A DNA stretch of 64,000 nucleotides from Squalus acanthias (Eukaryota): the NCBI GenBank assembly GCA_030390025.1, contig CM059431.1:151220001-151284000 (forward strand), written 5' to 3'. Both the position numbers and the translations under genes were made by a program. Positions 34,721 to 47,939 of this stretch are shown in pieces. The first letter of the stretch is position 1. Each line of letters opens with the position of its first letter. The notes under the pieces are model-generated. The model did no database searches, was not told the origin of the DNA, and saw only the letters and a list, made by a program, of their open reading frames with translations.

Positions 34721-36414
34721 GAGGAGGGCTGGGGCCTATTAGGGAACAAAAAGGGGACCTATGCTTCGAGGCAATTGTTATGGCTCAGGTACTAAATGAG
34801 TATTTGCATTTTTGTTCACCAACAATGAGGATGTTGCCATAGACATAGAGAAGGAGGAGGTGGAAACACTTGATAATATCAACATTGATAACGAAGGGGT
34901 ATTAGAAAGGCTGGCTGTACTTAAAGTAGATAAATTAACAGGAGCGTATGGGATTGATCCTAGGATGCAAAGGGAATTGCGGGCGGAAATCTTGGAGGTA
35001 CTGGCACTAATATTCCAATCCTCCACGGATACAAGTGTGGTGCCAGAGGACTGGAAAATCGGAAATGTTTCACTGTTGTTCAAAAAAGGGTGTAAAGATA
35101 ATCCCAGCAACTACAGGTCAGTCAGTTTAAACTTGGTAGTGGAAGTCTTTTAGGAAGAGTAATCAGGGAGAAAATTAACAGTCACTTGGATAGGTATGGA
35201 TTAATTAAGGAAAGCCAGCACAGATTTGTTAAAGGCAAAAAATGTTTAACAAACTTGATTGAGATTTTTGATGAGGTAACAGAGAGGGTTGATGAGGGTA
35301 ATGCAGTTGAAGCAGTGTACATATATTTGCAAAAGTCGTTCGAAAAAGTGCCACATAATAGATGCGCCAGCAAAGTTGAAGCCCATGGAATAAAAGGTAC
35401 AGTCGCAGCATGGATACGAAATTGGCTGAGTGAGAGGAAACAGAGAGTGGTGGTGAACGGCTGTTTTTCGGACTGGAGGAACGTATGCAGTGGTGGTCCC
35501 CAGGGGACGGTTCAAATTACTTGGTATATATTAATGAATTGGACGTGGGGGTACAGGGAAAATTTCAAAATTTGCAGCTGACACAAAACTTGGAAGTACA
35601 GTGAAGAGTGAGGAGAAGAGTGCTAGGCTTCAGGAACATATAAAGAGGGTGATGAAATGTGCGGACAAGTGGCAGATTAAATTTAAGCAGAAAAGTGTGA
35701 AGTGATACATTTTGGTAGAAAGTGAGAGGAGAGGGCATATAAAATAAATGGTCGAATCCTGAATGGGGTGCACGAACAGGGAGACCTGGGGTATATGTGT
35801 TCAAATCGTTGAAGTTGGCAGGGCAGGTTGGGAATGCAGTTAAAAAGGCTTATGGGATCCTGGGTTCATAAAGAGAGGTATAGAGTACAAAAGTATGGAA
35901 ATTATGAGGAACACTGGTTCGGCTCCAACTGGAGTGCTGTGTCCAATTATGGGCACCACACTTTAGGAAGGATGTGTAGGTCTTAGAGACGATACAGAAA
36001 AGATGTGCAAGAATGATTCCAGGAATGAGGGACTTCAGTTAACTTGATAGACTGGAGAAGCTGGGGTTGTTCTCCTTGGAGCAGAGAAGATTGAGAGGAG
36101 ATTGGTTAGAGGTGTTCAAAATCATGAGGGGTCTGGACAGAGTAGAAAGAGAGAAACTGTTCCCATTGGCCGAAGGGTCCACAGGCAAAGGGCACAGATT
36201 TAAGTTGATTGGCAAAAGAACAAAAGGCGACGTAAGAAAAAATAATTACGCATCGAGTGATTAAGGTCTGGAATGCACTGCCTGGAATAGCGGTGGAGGT
36301 AGACTCAATCTTATCTTTCAAAACGGTGTTGGATAAGTATCTGAAGGGAAAAAATGGGAGGCGAAAGTCCTTCTTCCGTGTTGTATCCATTCTATGATTC
36401 CATTCTATGATTCT
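34721..36414 (+). mobile_element. CR1-d copy, RT region to 3' tail
   Basis: ORFs 34812-35153 and 35186-35581 (NYRSVSL, CLTNLIEIFDEVT); tail TTCTATGATTCCATTCTATGATTCT. Confidence 0.93.
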
Positions 36415-36775
36415 AACTTGTCCTGCCACCTTCAATGATATGTGTACATAAGCGCCCGGTGGTAAGGTTATGGAGAAGGGAGTCAGATTGGGGAGAAAGA
36501 ATGAAATTGAGGAGTAGAGATCAGATTGAGGAGTTGTGATCAGATTGAAGAGAAGAGTTCAGATCCAGGATTAAGCTTCATTTTATTTTGGAGCAGACTC
36601 GAGGCAGGTTGATGGCTGTTAGTGTGTTTGAGATAGAATGTGCTGAGAAGGGGTGTCGAGCTGAAGCAATGGGGTGACGGTGCGTGTAATCAGAGGGCAG
36701 CAGTGGGCAGGAAGCGAGGGGACTGTAATTCCCTACCACAGCCACTCAGTGTCGCTGTTTCGTTAGCACTTCAGA

Positions 36776-36848
36776 GCCCGGATAGTTCAGTCGGTGGAGC
36801 AGCAGACTTTTAATCTGAGTGTACAGGATTCAGGTCTCTATTCGGGCG
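36776..36848 (+). pseudogene. TRK-TTT: tRNA-Lys(TTT) pseudogene, near-canonical 5' half
   Basis: GCCCGGATAGTTCAGTCGGTGGAGC; CTTTTAA loop; damaged T arm (CAGGATTCAGGTCTCTA). Confidence 0.9.
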
Positions 36849-37341
36849 TTCCTTTATACTATGGGAACAGCAATTTAAAGCACTGACGTTAAATTATAAC
36901 TTCTCACAAAAATATTCATGTATGTTATTGAGACAATAGGAAAGGTCAGCGTCAATTGCCGGTGTTTTATGCTTCTCTAGGAAAGTAAAATTTGAAAGAA
37001 TGAAAGATAAGATCAAGGCTGATCTATATCTGATCTGTATCCGAACTCCATCCCCCGCCTTGGCTCCATAGCATTTTATACCGTTGTCTCGCAAAACTCA
37101 TTCGATCTCCGATTTAAAATGATTAATTGAACTGTTATCTGTGGGAGAGAATTCCACACTTCTACCACCCTTTGCAGGAAGAAGTGTTTCCTAACTTCTC
37201 TCCCGAATGTCCTGGCTTTTTCTATCTGGTGCTGACAATGTTCTGGGAATGGAAAATAACCAAACTTCCTTTACTCCGATGTGCAGCAGTCCTCAGACAG
37301 AGAGAGGCAATGGAAATGTGAGAATAATTTAAAAGTGTAAG

Positions 37342-38091
37342 AATGAGTTGCATTTATACTGCTGCTAACACGCCCACATGACATGGCAAAGCTTTTGACA
37401 GCCAATTAAATAATTTCTCAAGTGTTTCCATTGTTGAAATGAATGAACTGGAACACAGCAAGATCCCACAAATACCAATGAGAAACTGACCAGATCATCC
37501 GGCCGGCTTTGTGATGTTTATTAAGGGTTAAAAATTGGCCAAGGACATCGGGGAGAACACCCCAGCTCTTCTCTAAAGATGAGTAACTTTACAGTGACAG
37601 CCTTGTCTCAGTTGGTAGCGCACTCACTTCGGAAGTCGTGAACTAGTCCTGAGTTCAAGTCTCAGTACATGGAACGTAAGCACCTAATCTAGGCTGACAA
37701 TACAGTGCAGTACCAAGAGAGCGCTGCACTGCCAGCAATTCAGTCTTTCGGATGAGATATTAAACCGAGGCCCGGTCAGCCCTCATAAACGTGAACATAA
37801 ACGATCTCCCGGTCCCTCTTGGAAGATGAGAAAGGGTGTTCTCCCCTTTGTCCTGGCTCAATATTTACCCCACTAAAGACATTGTCTAATCATTATCGCA
37901 TTGCTGTTTGTAGGATCTTGCTGTTTGAACATTGGTTGCTGCGTTTCCTACATTAAAATAGTTCAAAAGTATTCATTGATTAAAGGCGCTTCACGATATC
38001 CTGAGGCTCTAAAAGGTGCTACATAAATGTAAATTCTTTCTTTCTCCGAATAGTGCCATGGGATCTTCCACATCCAGCTGAGAGGGCAGAC
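37342..38091. mobile_element. Nested antiparallel DeuSINE pair
   Basis: Homologous to 770-1528; + copy ~37593-38043. Confidence 0.85.
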
Positions 38092-38527
38092 TTTAATGGA
38101 AGTAAAAATAGGCAGGGATGTGTAACGGGGCAGCCGTTTCGCTATCGCCGGTTTCACAGTATCGCACTAAGTCAATATTACCGGATTATCACTGCATTTA
38201 GTCCGGAACCAGTCCCCGGGCTGGGAAATGCAACGATATGAATGCTGGGTTCACTGACTGGACTCGCACGGTTAAGTGTCTTGGTTACACACAGGAGAGT
38301 TCCTGGCACCCGCGCTCTGTGAACTAAGATGGCACACAGTGAGGGGAATGGAGAGAAAAAAACAGGCCCTTTTTCAACACATTAGCAGAATGCTTCATTT
38401 ATTTTAATGCAATGTCAATCATCTTAGAGTATATCAGGACACATAACGTCAGGAAACTATTACCCAGTTACTTTTTATGAATATGTGCTAAAGGAGTCGC
38501 TTCTGGTTATGTTTTTAAAACTTTACA

Positions 38528-39027
38528 GCATCAGATGTTTGCAGGTGATGTAAAATTTGGCAGTGTGGTTGATAATGAAGAAGAATGCTGCTGACTGCAG
38601 GAAGTTATGAATGGACTGGTCAGGTGGGCAGAACAGTTGCAAATGGAATGCAGTCTGTAGAAGTGTGAGGTAATTAATTTGGGGAGGGCAAACAAGGCAA
38701 GGGAAAACGCTATAAATGGTAAGACACTGAGAAGTGCAGAAAGTCAAAGGGACCTTGGAGGGCATGTCCACAGATTCCTGAAGGGATACTTGACTTTATT
38801 AACCGAGGCATAGCATATAAGAGCAGGGAAATTATGCTTGAACTGTCTAAGTCGCTAGTAAGGCGTCAGCTAGAATACTGCGTGCAATTCTGGTCACCTC
38901 ATTACAGGAAGGATGTGTTTGCACTAGAGAGGCAGCAGAGGAGAATTACGAAGATGTTTGCTGAGCATAAACACCAGCACAGAGAATTAGGGCCGAATGG
39001 CCTGTTTCTGTGTTGTAGACTCGCTGT
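38528..39027 (+). mobile_element. CR1 RT fragment (unit copy)
   Basis: ORF 38834-39037. Confidence 0.9.
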
Positions 39028-40937
39028 AACTCAATGATATGAAATAAAGTTGGGAGCATTTTCCACTATATACAATCCATGAATGCTCACCCAAACTAAC
39101 TGACTGGTTGTGAAACAGTTTTTAAAGATATATGTCATGATAACAGTAAGGTTTATTTCAAATATTGCCTGATCCGAAACTCCGAAAGCTGCAAGGGAGG
39201 AGTTGGAAGAACACATTTGAGAGCGGAAAGGGAACTTTATAAAACATGACAGGAAGCAGTCAGAAGGAAGAATAATAAAGACTAACACCGACCCATACAC
39301 AGAAAGACTTGTTTGAATCAATCAATCGATTTTCAATAGCTGCACTCAGATTGCAGCGAAGATTATAAGCAATCAATGACATTTCCCCTGAGATGTGATC
39401 TGATTGGACGGCATTTCATGTAACTGACAATATGTCAACACGTGCTGAAAATTTTTCATATCTATATTGACATTTATATCGCTTGGAAACCTTCCCGGGG
39501 ACAGTCCTAATACACAACGATTTACATTTGTCATCCTCACTTGAACAAACAGATTCAGACACCATCTGGTTTTGTTTTGATATTATTAAAAAGGTTAAAC
39601 ACGTTATATGCACTGTCTGAAGCTAGATAAAGGTGTGACTGAGTACAGTGAGCGATACAGGGAGACACCAGCAGAGAGAGAGAGAGATAAAGGTGTGACT
39701 GAGTGCTGTGATACAGAGAAACACCAGCAGGGGGAGATAGCTAAATCTGAGACTGAGTACAGTGAGTGATACAGAGAGACCAGCAGAGAGAGGTAGATAA
39801 AGGTGAGACTGAGTACAGTTTTCTGTTTTTAAAGTTTAGTTGAGGCCGAAACAGAGTTTTATAAAAGTTTAGCATAACTTCCTGACTTTGTACTCGATTC
39901 CACTATTAATAAAGCTAAGGATCCCACGTGCGTTTTTAAGTAGTCCTGCCACCGGTAAAGATCTGTGTACATAACCTCCATGTAGGCCTTTATCTGAAGG
40001 TGGCTGAAATATAAAGGGGTGGTGTTATGTTAGGGTATTACAAAGATCTGGTTAGACCCCATTTAGATTACTGCATTCAGTTCTGGGTAACGCACCTCAG
40101 GAAGGACAAATTGGCCTTGGACAGGCTGTAGCGCACAGTTACCAGAATGATACCGGTTCTATAAGGGTTACATTATGAAGACAGGCTATATTGACTAGGC
40201 TGGTATTCATTTGAGTATATAAAATGAAAGCGTGATCTAATTAAACTACTTAAGATGATGAAATGAGTTGATATTTTTGATAGAGAGAAACGATTTGCTC
40301 TGGTGGGGAATGCAGAACAAGGGGGCTTAACCTTAAAATCAGAACTTGGCCGCTCTGTTTTGATGTCAATAACCACTACTTCATAGACTGGGAAGTGGAA
40401 ATCTAGAATAAAAAACTGCCACAAGAACCTGATGAGGATGAATTGAACATTTCAAAACTGAAATTGGCAGATTTTTCTCACGCAAGGTTACTAAGGGTTA
40501 GGGAACTAAGGCGGGTACATGGAATTAAGGTGCAGATCAATCAGGATATGACTGAATGGCGGAATTAGATTGAGGGGCTGAATGGCCTACTCCTGTTGCT
40601 ATAATGCTAGAAAAAGATTAGGTGCTGTGATTAAGAAGCAGGGAGTCATATTTAGGAGAAGAGATTAGATTGAGGAGTGAGGATCAGATGGAAGTGGAGA
40701 GATCAGATTGAAGAGAATAGTTCAGATTCAGGGGAAAGGGTCATTTTAGTTCGGCGCTGAATTGGGGCAGGTTGATGCTTGTTAGTGTGTTTGAGATAGA
40801 ATGTGCTGAGAAGAGGTGTCGAGCTGAAGCAATGGGGTGACGGTGCGTGCACTCAGAGAACGGCTGTGGGCAGAAAGTGAAGGAAATGTAATTCCCTGAC
40901 ACAACCAATCAGTGTCGTTGTTTCGGTAATGTTCAGC

Positions 40938-41010
40938 GCCCTGATTGGACAGACGGTAGGGCATCAGACTTTTAATCTGAGGTTCCAGAGTTCAAGTCCC
41001 TGTTCAGGCG
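40938..41010 (+). pseudogene. TRK-TTT: tRNA-Lys(TTT) pseudogene
   Basis: Derived 5' half; intact anticodon arm; B-box core GTTCAAGTC. Confidence 0.9.
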
Positions 41011-41494
41011 CTTCTTTAATGAATGGAAGCAGCAATTCAAAGCACAGACGTTAGATTATAACTTATCACAATCATCGTTTTAAATTGAAAAATATTTTTG
41101 AGACAGCAGGAAAGATCAGCGACAATTGCTCGTGCTTTATGGTTCTCTAGGAAAGTAAGCTTTGAAAGAATGAAAGATAAGATCACGGCTGGTCTGTCTC
41201 AGATCAGTATCAGAACTCCATCCCCCGCCTTGGCTCCATATCCTTTTGTACCCTTGTCCAGCAAAACTCAATCGATCTCAGATTTAAAATGTTTAATTGA
41301 ACTGTTTTCTGTGGGAGAGCTCGACACTTCTACCACTCGTTGTATGAAGAACTTTTTCCTAACTTCTCTCCTGAATGGCCTGGCTTTATCTACCTCGTTC
41401 CGAGACTGTTCCGGGAATGGAAAATAAACAAAGTTCCCTTAATTCGTTGTGCAGCAGTCCTCAGACTGAGAGAGACAATGGCAATGTGAGAACA

Positions 41495-42242
41495 AGGAGT
41501 TGCATTTATACAGCGCCTATCACGTACACAGGACGTCCCAAAGTGATTTACAGCCAATTAACTTATTGCTCTAAGTGTATAAATTGTTGTAATGTAGGAA
41601 AAGTGGTCGTCAATTTGCACACAGCTAGATCCCACAAATACCACTGAGAGAATTACCAGATCATCTGTTCGGCTTTGTGATGTTTGTTAAGGGCGTAAAT
41701 ATTGGCCCAGGACAGCGGGGAGAACACCCCAGCTCTTCTATAAAGATCAGTAACTTTACAGTGTCAGCCTTGTCTCAGTTGGTAGCGCACTCACTTCTGA
41801 ATTCGCGAACTAGTCCTGAGCCCAAGTCTCACTTAATGGAAAGTAAGCACCGAATCTAGGCTGACAATCCAGTGAAGTACCAAGAGAGCGCTGCACTGTC
41901 CAGAATTCAGTTTTTCGAATAAGATGTTAAACCGAGGCCCCGTCTGCACTCTCAGGTGGACATAAACAATCTCAAGGTCCCTCTTGGAAGATAAGCAAGG
42001 GTGTTCTCCCCTTTGTCCTGGCTCAATATTTACCTCACTAAAGACATTGTCTGATCATTGTCGAATTGTTGTTTGTGGGATCTTGTAGTTCGAACATTGT
42101 TTGCTGCGTTTCCTACATTACAACAGTTCAAAAGTAAGCCGCTTTGGGATATCCTGAGGTCGTAAAAGGCGCTATATCAATACAAATTATTTCTTTCTCC
42201 GAATAGTGCCATGGGATCTTCCACATCCACCTGAGAGGTCAC
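41495..42242. mobile_element. Nested antiparallel DeuSINE pair
   Basis: Homologous to 770-1528; + copy ~41761-42196. Confidence 0.85.
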
Positions 42243-42889
42243 ACTTTAATGGAAGGAAAAATCGGCAGGAATGAGTAACGGGGTAGACGTTTCGCTATCG
42301 CCCGTTTCACACTCTCGCATGATGTGAATATTAGCGGATTACCACTGCATTTACGATGGATGCAATCCCCGGGCTGGGAAATGCACCGGTGTGAATGCTG
42401 GGCTCACTGACTAGACTCGCACGGCAATAGTGTCTTGGTGACACGCTGGAGAGCTCCTGGCACCCGCGCTCTGTTAACTAAGATAACACACAGTGAGGGG
42501 GAAGGAGAGAACACAACATTTCATTTTTCAATACATTAGCATCTGTTGTTGTTTTGATATTATTAAAACGGTTAAACACTTGTTATGCACAGTCTGAAGA
42601 GAGATAAATGTGATACTGAGTTGAGTGAGTGATGCAGAGAGACACCAGCAGAGGGTGATAGATAAAGGAGTGACTAAGTACTGTGATACAGAGAGACCCC
42701 AGCATTAATAGATAGCTAAATCTGAGACTGAGTACAGTGAGTGATACAGAGAGACCAGCATTTATTTTAATGCAATGTCAATCATCTTACAGTTTCTCAG
42801 GACACTGAACGTCAGGAATCTATTGGCCAGTTGCTTTTAATCAATATCTACTAAAAGAGTCGCTTCTGGTTATGTTTTTAAAGCTTTTC

Positions 42890-43375
42890 AGCATCAGAAG
42901 TTTGCATATGCTACAAAAATTGGCCCTGTGGTTGATAATGAAGAAGAAAGCTACAGACTGCAGGAAGATATCAATGTACTGGCCTGGTGGGCAGAACAGT
43001 GGCAAATGGAATGCAGTCTGGAGAAATGTGAGGTAATGCATTTGGGGAGGGCAAGCAAGGCAAGGGAAACCATTATAACTGGTAGGACACTGAGCAGTGC
43101 AGAAGATCAAAGTGAGTTTGGAGTGCTTGTCCAAAGATTCCTGAAGGGATACTTGCCTTTATTTGCCGAGGCTTGGAATACAAGCGGCGGGAGTTTATGC
43201 GTAAACTGTCTAGGTCACAGCTAGAATACTGCGTGCAGTTCCGGTCACCACATTACAGGAAGGATGTGACTGCAGATGGTGCAGAAGAGAATTACGAAGA
43301 TGTTGGCTGAGCATTAATACCAGCACAGAGAATTAGGGCAGAATGGACTGTGTCTGTGTTGTAGACTCGCTGTAA
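42890..43375 (+). mobile_element. CR1 RT fragment (unit copy)
   Basis: ORF 42928-43224. Confidence 0.9.
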
Positions 43376-45197
43376 CTCAATCATACGATGTAAAGTTGGG
43401 AGCATTTTCCACTATATACAATCCACGAATGCTCACCCAAACTAAATGAGTGGTTGTGAAACACTTTTCAAAGTGATATGTCCAGATAACAGCAAGGGTT
43501 ATTTCAAATAATGCCTGATCCGAAACTTCGAAAGCTGCAACTGAGGAGTTGGAAAAAAACATTTCAAAGCGGAAATGGAACTTTATAAAACATGACAGGA
43601 AGCAGTCAGAAGGAAGAATAATACAGAATGACACCGCCCCTTACTGAGAAAAACTTGATTGAATCAAGAAATCGATCTTCAATAACTGCACTCAGATTGT
43701 AGCCAACAATGGAAGCAATCACTGACATTTCCCCTGAGATGTGATCTGATTGGGCGGCGTTTCATATGTCGTCACGTGTTGAAAATTATCCATATTTATA
43801 TTCACATTTTTATCGCTAGGAAACCTTCCCGGGGTCAGTCCTATTAAACTATGATTTACATTAGTCATCCTCTCTTGAACAAACAGATTCAGATACCATC
43901 TGGTGCTGTTTTGACATTATTAAATCGATTAAGCACTTTATATGCACTGCCTGAAGGTAGTTAAAGGTGTGACTGAGTACAGTGAGTGATACAAAGAGAA
44001 ACCAGCATCTGGAGATAGATAAAGGTGTGACTGAGTACTGTGATACAGAGACACACCAGCAGAGGGAGGTAGCTAAATCTGAGACTGAGTACAGTGAGTG
44101 AAACAGAGAGACCAGCAGAGAGAGGTAGATAAAGGTGAGACTGAGTACAGTTTTCCGTTTGTAAAGTCCAGTTGAGCCGATTCCTCTGTTAAAAAACTAA
44201 GGATTCCACGGGCTTTTTTAACAGCCTTCGAAATTTCTCCTGCCACCGGCAAAGATTTGGGTATATAAACTCCATGTCGGCCTTTATATCAAGGTGGCTG
44301 AAATATAAAGGGGTGGATTTTATGTTACCATATTAGAAAGATCTGGTTAGACCCCATTTAGATTACTGGATTCAGTTATGGGTAACGCACATCACGGAGC
44401 AGAAATTGGCCTTGGACAGGGTGCAGCGCACAGTTACCAGAATTATACTGGCACTAAAATGGTTACATTGTGAGGATAGGAAGAATAGACTAGGCTGGTA
44501 TTCATTTGAGTATATAAAATGAAAGCGTGATCTAATTAACCTAATTAAGATGATGGAATGAGTTGATATTGTACATAGAGAGAAACGTTTTGCTCTGGTG
44601 GGGGAATGCAGAACAATGGCCTTAACGTTGAAATTAGAGCTAGGCCGTTCAGTGCTGATGTCAATAAGCACTCCTTCATACACTGTGAAGTGGAAATCTG
44701 GAACACTCCGCCGCAAGAATCTGATGAAGCTGAGGCTCAATTGAACATTTCAAAACTGAGGTTGGCAGCTTTTTCTCACGTAAGGGTACTTACGGTTAGC
44801 GACCCATGGCGGGTACATGGAGTTAAGATACAGATCAATTGGGATATTATCTGAATGGCAGAACGAACTTGAGGGACTGAATGGCCTACTCCTGTTTCTA
44901 TAATCAAGAAAAAGATCAGGTGCTGAGATTAAGGAGTAGGGTGTCGGATCTTGGAGAAGGGATGAGATTGAGGAGTAGCGATCAGATTGAAGACAAGATT
45001 TCAGATTCAGATCATTTCAGTTCTGAGCAGATTCGGGCTGTTAGTGTGTTGGAGGTAGAATGTGCTGAGAAGAGGTGTCGAGCTGAAGCAATGGGATGAC
45101 GGTGCGTGTACTCAGAGGGAAGCTGTGGGCAGGAAGTGAAGGAAATGTAATTCCCTACCACAGCCACTCAGTGTCGCTGTTTCTGTAATGTTCCAGA

Positions 45198-45270
45198 GGA
45201 CTGATTGGTCAGACGGTGGAGCATCAGACTTTTAATCTTAGGTTAAAGGGTTTAAGTCTCTGTTCGCGCG
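45198..45270 (+). pseudogene. TRK-TTT: tRNA-Lys(TTT) pseudogene
   Basis: GGACTGATTGGTCAGACGGTGGAGC...CTTTTAA; many stem mismatches. Confidence 0.85.
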
Positions 45271-46162
45271 TTGATTTATTCAATGGAAACACCATTCGAT
45301 TTGCACTTTAATGCACCGACTTTGATTATAACCTATCACTAAAGTCGGTTTGTATTGCAAAAGGAATTGCTCCTGTTTTATGGCGCTATAAAGAAGTAAG
45401 ATTTGACAATCTTAGACTAAAGGAATAGCCACAGCACGCACTTGAAACCAACACCCTGATATTTAAAATCTGGTGCTGCACGAACTGAGATACCAAGGCT
45501 CACGCTTTCAATTTCACACAGCGACCTCCACTGGCTGACATGGAACATTACATCTTTCACCTTCCGCATTTCCCACTACATTAATCCCGCGTGAACAACG
45601 CATTTCTCTCACACACCCTCATTCATTGGCTGCCACAAGCCTCACTTCACAAATACTGTCCCACTCACCCACGTCTCGCTCTTTATAAGTGCTACAATCC
45701 AGTTCGCAGTGCACAGTAACGGCTCCAGTTTGCAAGAAACAATTCAATCTAGTTCTGTAAAGTGTGCTGCCGGGAAGGGAGAGAAATGTTAAGAAAAAGC
45801 ACAATATTTAACAGGCTCAAATGTTAAAAGCTGTACAACGCTAAAAAAAGTTGCTAATTTTATTGATGATTATTCATTACCAAATAGCAAAACATATGGA
45901 AATTGGGAAGTGAAGATGTGGGGAAGAGGCTAATTGAATCATAGAATGATACAGTACAAAAGGAGGCCACTCAGCCCATCATGCTTCTGGCGATTCTTTG
46001 GTAGAGCAATCCAATTAATCCACTCCCCAGCTGTTTTCCCTAGCCAGGTAATTTACTTCCCTTCAAGTCTTTATCCAATACAGCTTTCAATGTTACTATT
46101 GCATCTGCTTTCCCCAAACTATCAGGCAGTGCATTCCAGATCACAATAACTCGCTGTGTAAA

Positions 46163-46763
46163 TATAGATTATAGCAGCTGGTGCAGGTCATTCGGCCCCT
46201 CGAGCCGCTTCCGCCATTTAATGAGATAATGGCTGATCATACCAATTCAGTGCCCTGTCCCTGCTTTCTGCCCATATCCCTTGATCCCTTTAGCCTTAGA
46301 AATATATCTAACTCCTTCTTGAATATATTTAATGACTTGGCCCCAACTACCTTCTGTGGTAGAGAATTCCACAGGTTCACCAGTCTCTGGGTGAAGAAAT
46401 TCCTCCTTAGCTCAGTGCTAAATGGCCTACCCATTATCGTAAGACTGTCACCCTTGGTTCTGGACTCCCCCGGCATCGGTAACATAGTTCCTGAAACTAG
46501 TCTGTCTAGTCTTGTTAGAATTTTATAAGTTTCAATGAGATCCCCTCTCATTCTTCTAAACTCTAGCGAATATAAGACTAATCGACCAATCTCTCCTCAT
46601 ACGTCATGCCTGCAATCCCAGGTATCAGTCTGGTGAATCTTCGCTGCACTCCCTCCATGGTAAGAACATCCTTCCTCAGATAACGCAACCAAAACAGCAC
46701 AGAATACTCAAGGTGTGGTCTCACCAAGGCCCTGTACAACTGCAGCAAGACATCCTTGCTCCT
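46163..46763 (-). mobile_element. CR1-b 3' end
   Basis: ORF 46237-46551 RGDLIETYKIL..RRNFFTQRLVNLWNSLP; ends at ATCCTTGCTCCT, the point where 14930 begins. Confidence 0.9.
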
Positions 46764-46765
46764 TA

Positions 46766-47939
46766 ACTCCTCACTTGTGCCTTTTAGATGGTGGAAAGGC
46801 TTTCGGGAGCCAGGAGGTGAGACACTTGCAGCAGAATTCCTAGCTTCTGACCTGCTCTTGTTGCCACAGTGTTTATGTGGCTGGTCCAGTTAAGTTTCCG
46901 GGCAATGCTTAATCCCATGATGTTGATGGTGACTGATTCGGCGATGTTAGTGCCGGTTAATGTCAAGGGTAGGTTGTTAGCCTATTGCGTGTTGGAGATA
47001 GCCATTGCCTGGCACTTCTGTGGCACGATTGTTACCTGCCACTTATCAGCCCAAGCCTCAACGTCTTCCAGGTCTTGCTGCATGCGGGCATCGACTGATT
47101 TATTATCTGAGGAGTTGTGAATGGCGCTGAACACTGAGCATTCATCAGCGAACATCTCCATTTCTGACCTTATGTTGGAGGGAATGTCATTGATGGTTGG
47201 GTCTTGTACACTGCCCTGAGGAAATCCTACAACGATGTCCTGGGGCTGAAAGGATTCACCTTCAATCAGCAGAAACATCTTCCTTTGTGCTAGGCATGAG
47301 TACAGCCAGTGGAGCGTGTCCCCCTCCCCCACCGATTCTCATTGACTTCAGTTTTACTAGGGCTCCTTGATGCCGCACTCAGTCAAATGCTACCTTGATG
47401 TCAAGAGCCGTCACTCTCATCTCACGTCGGGATTTCAGCTCCTTTGTCAACATTTGGACCAAGGCTGTAATGCGCTCGGAAGCAAAGTGGTCTTGGCGGA
47501 ACCCAAACTGTGCATCAGTGAGCATGTTATTGGTGAGTAAGGGCCTTGTGATAGCACTGTCGATTAAACCTTCCTTAACTTTGTTGATGATGAAGATTTG
47601 ACTGATGGGGCGACTATTGGCTGGATTCGAATTGTCGTGCTTTTTTTATGGGCAGGACGTACGTGGGCAGTTTTCCCCGTTCTCGGATAGATGCCAGTGT
47701 TGTAGCTGTACTGGAACTGCTTTTTTAGAGACGCGGCTAGTTCTGGAGGACACGTCTTCTGCACAATAGCCAGGATGTTGCCGGGACCCATAATCTTTGC
47801 TGTATCCACTGCGCTCAGCCGTTGCTTTATATCACGTGGAGTGATTCGAATTGGCTGAAGACTGGCTTCTGTGATGGTGGGGACCTCAGGAGTAAGCCGA
47901 TATGGACCATCCAGTCAGTACCTCTGGCTGAAGATGTTG
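46766..47939 (-). mobile_element. LINE-e copy, inverted
   Basis: Reverse complement of ~18545-19692; ORFs 46982-47332 and 47564-47809. Confidence 0.9.
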
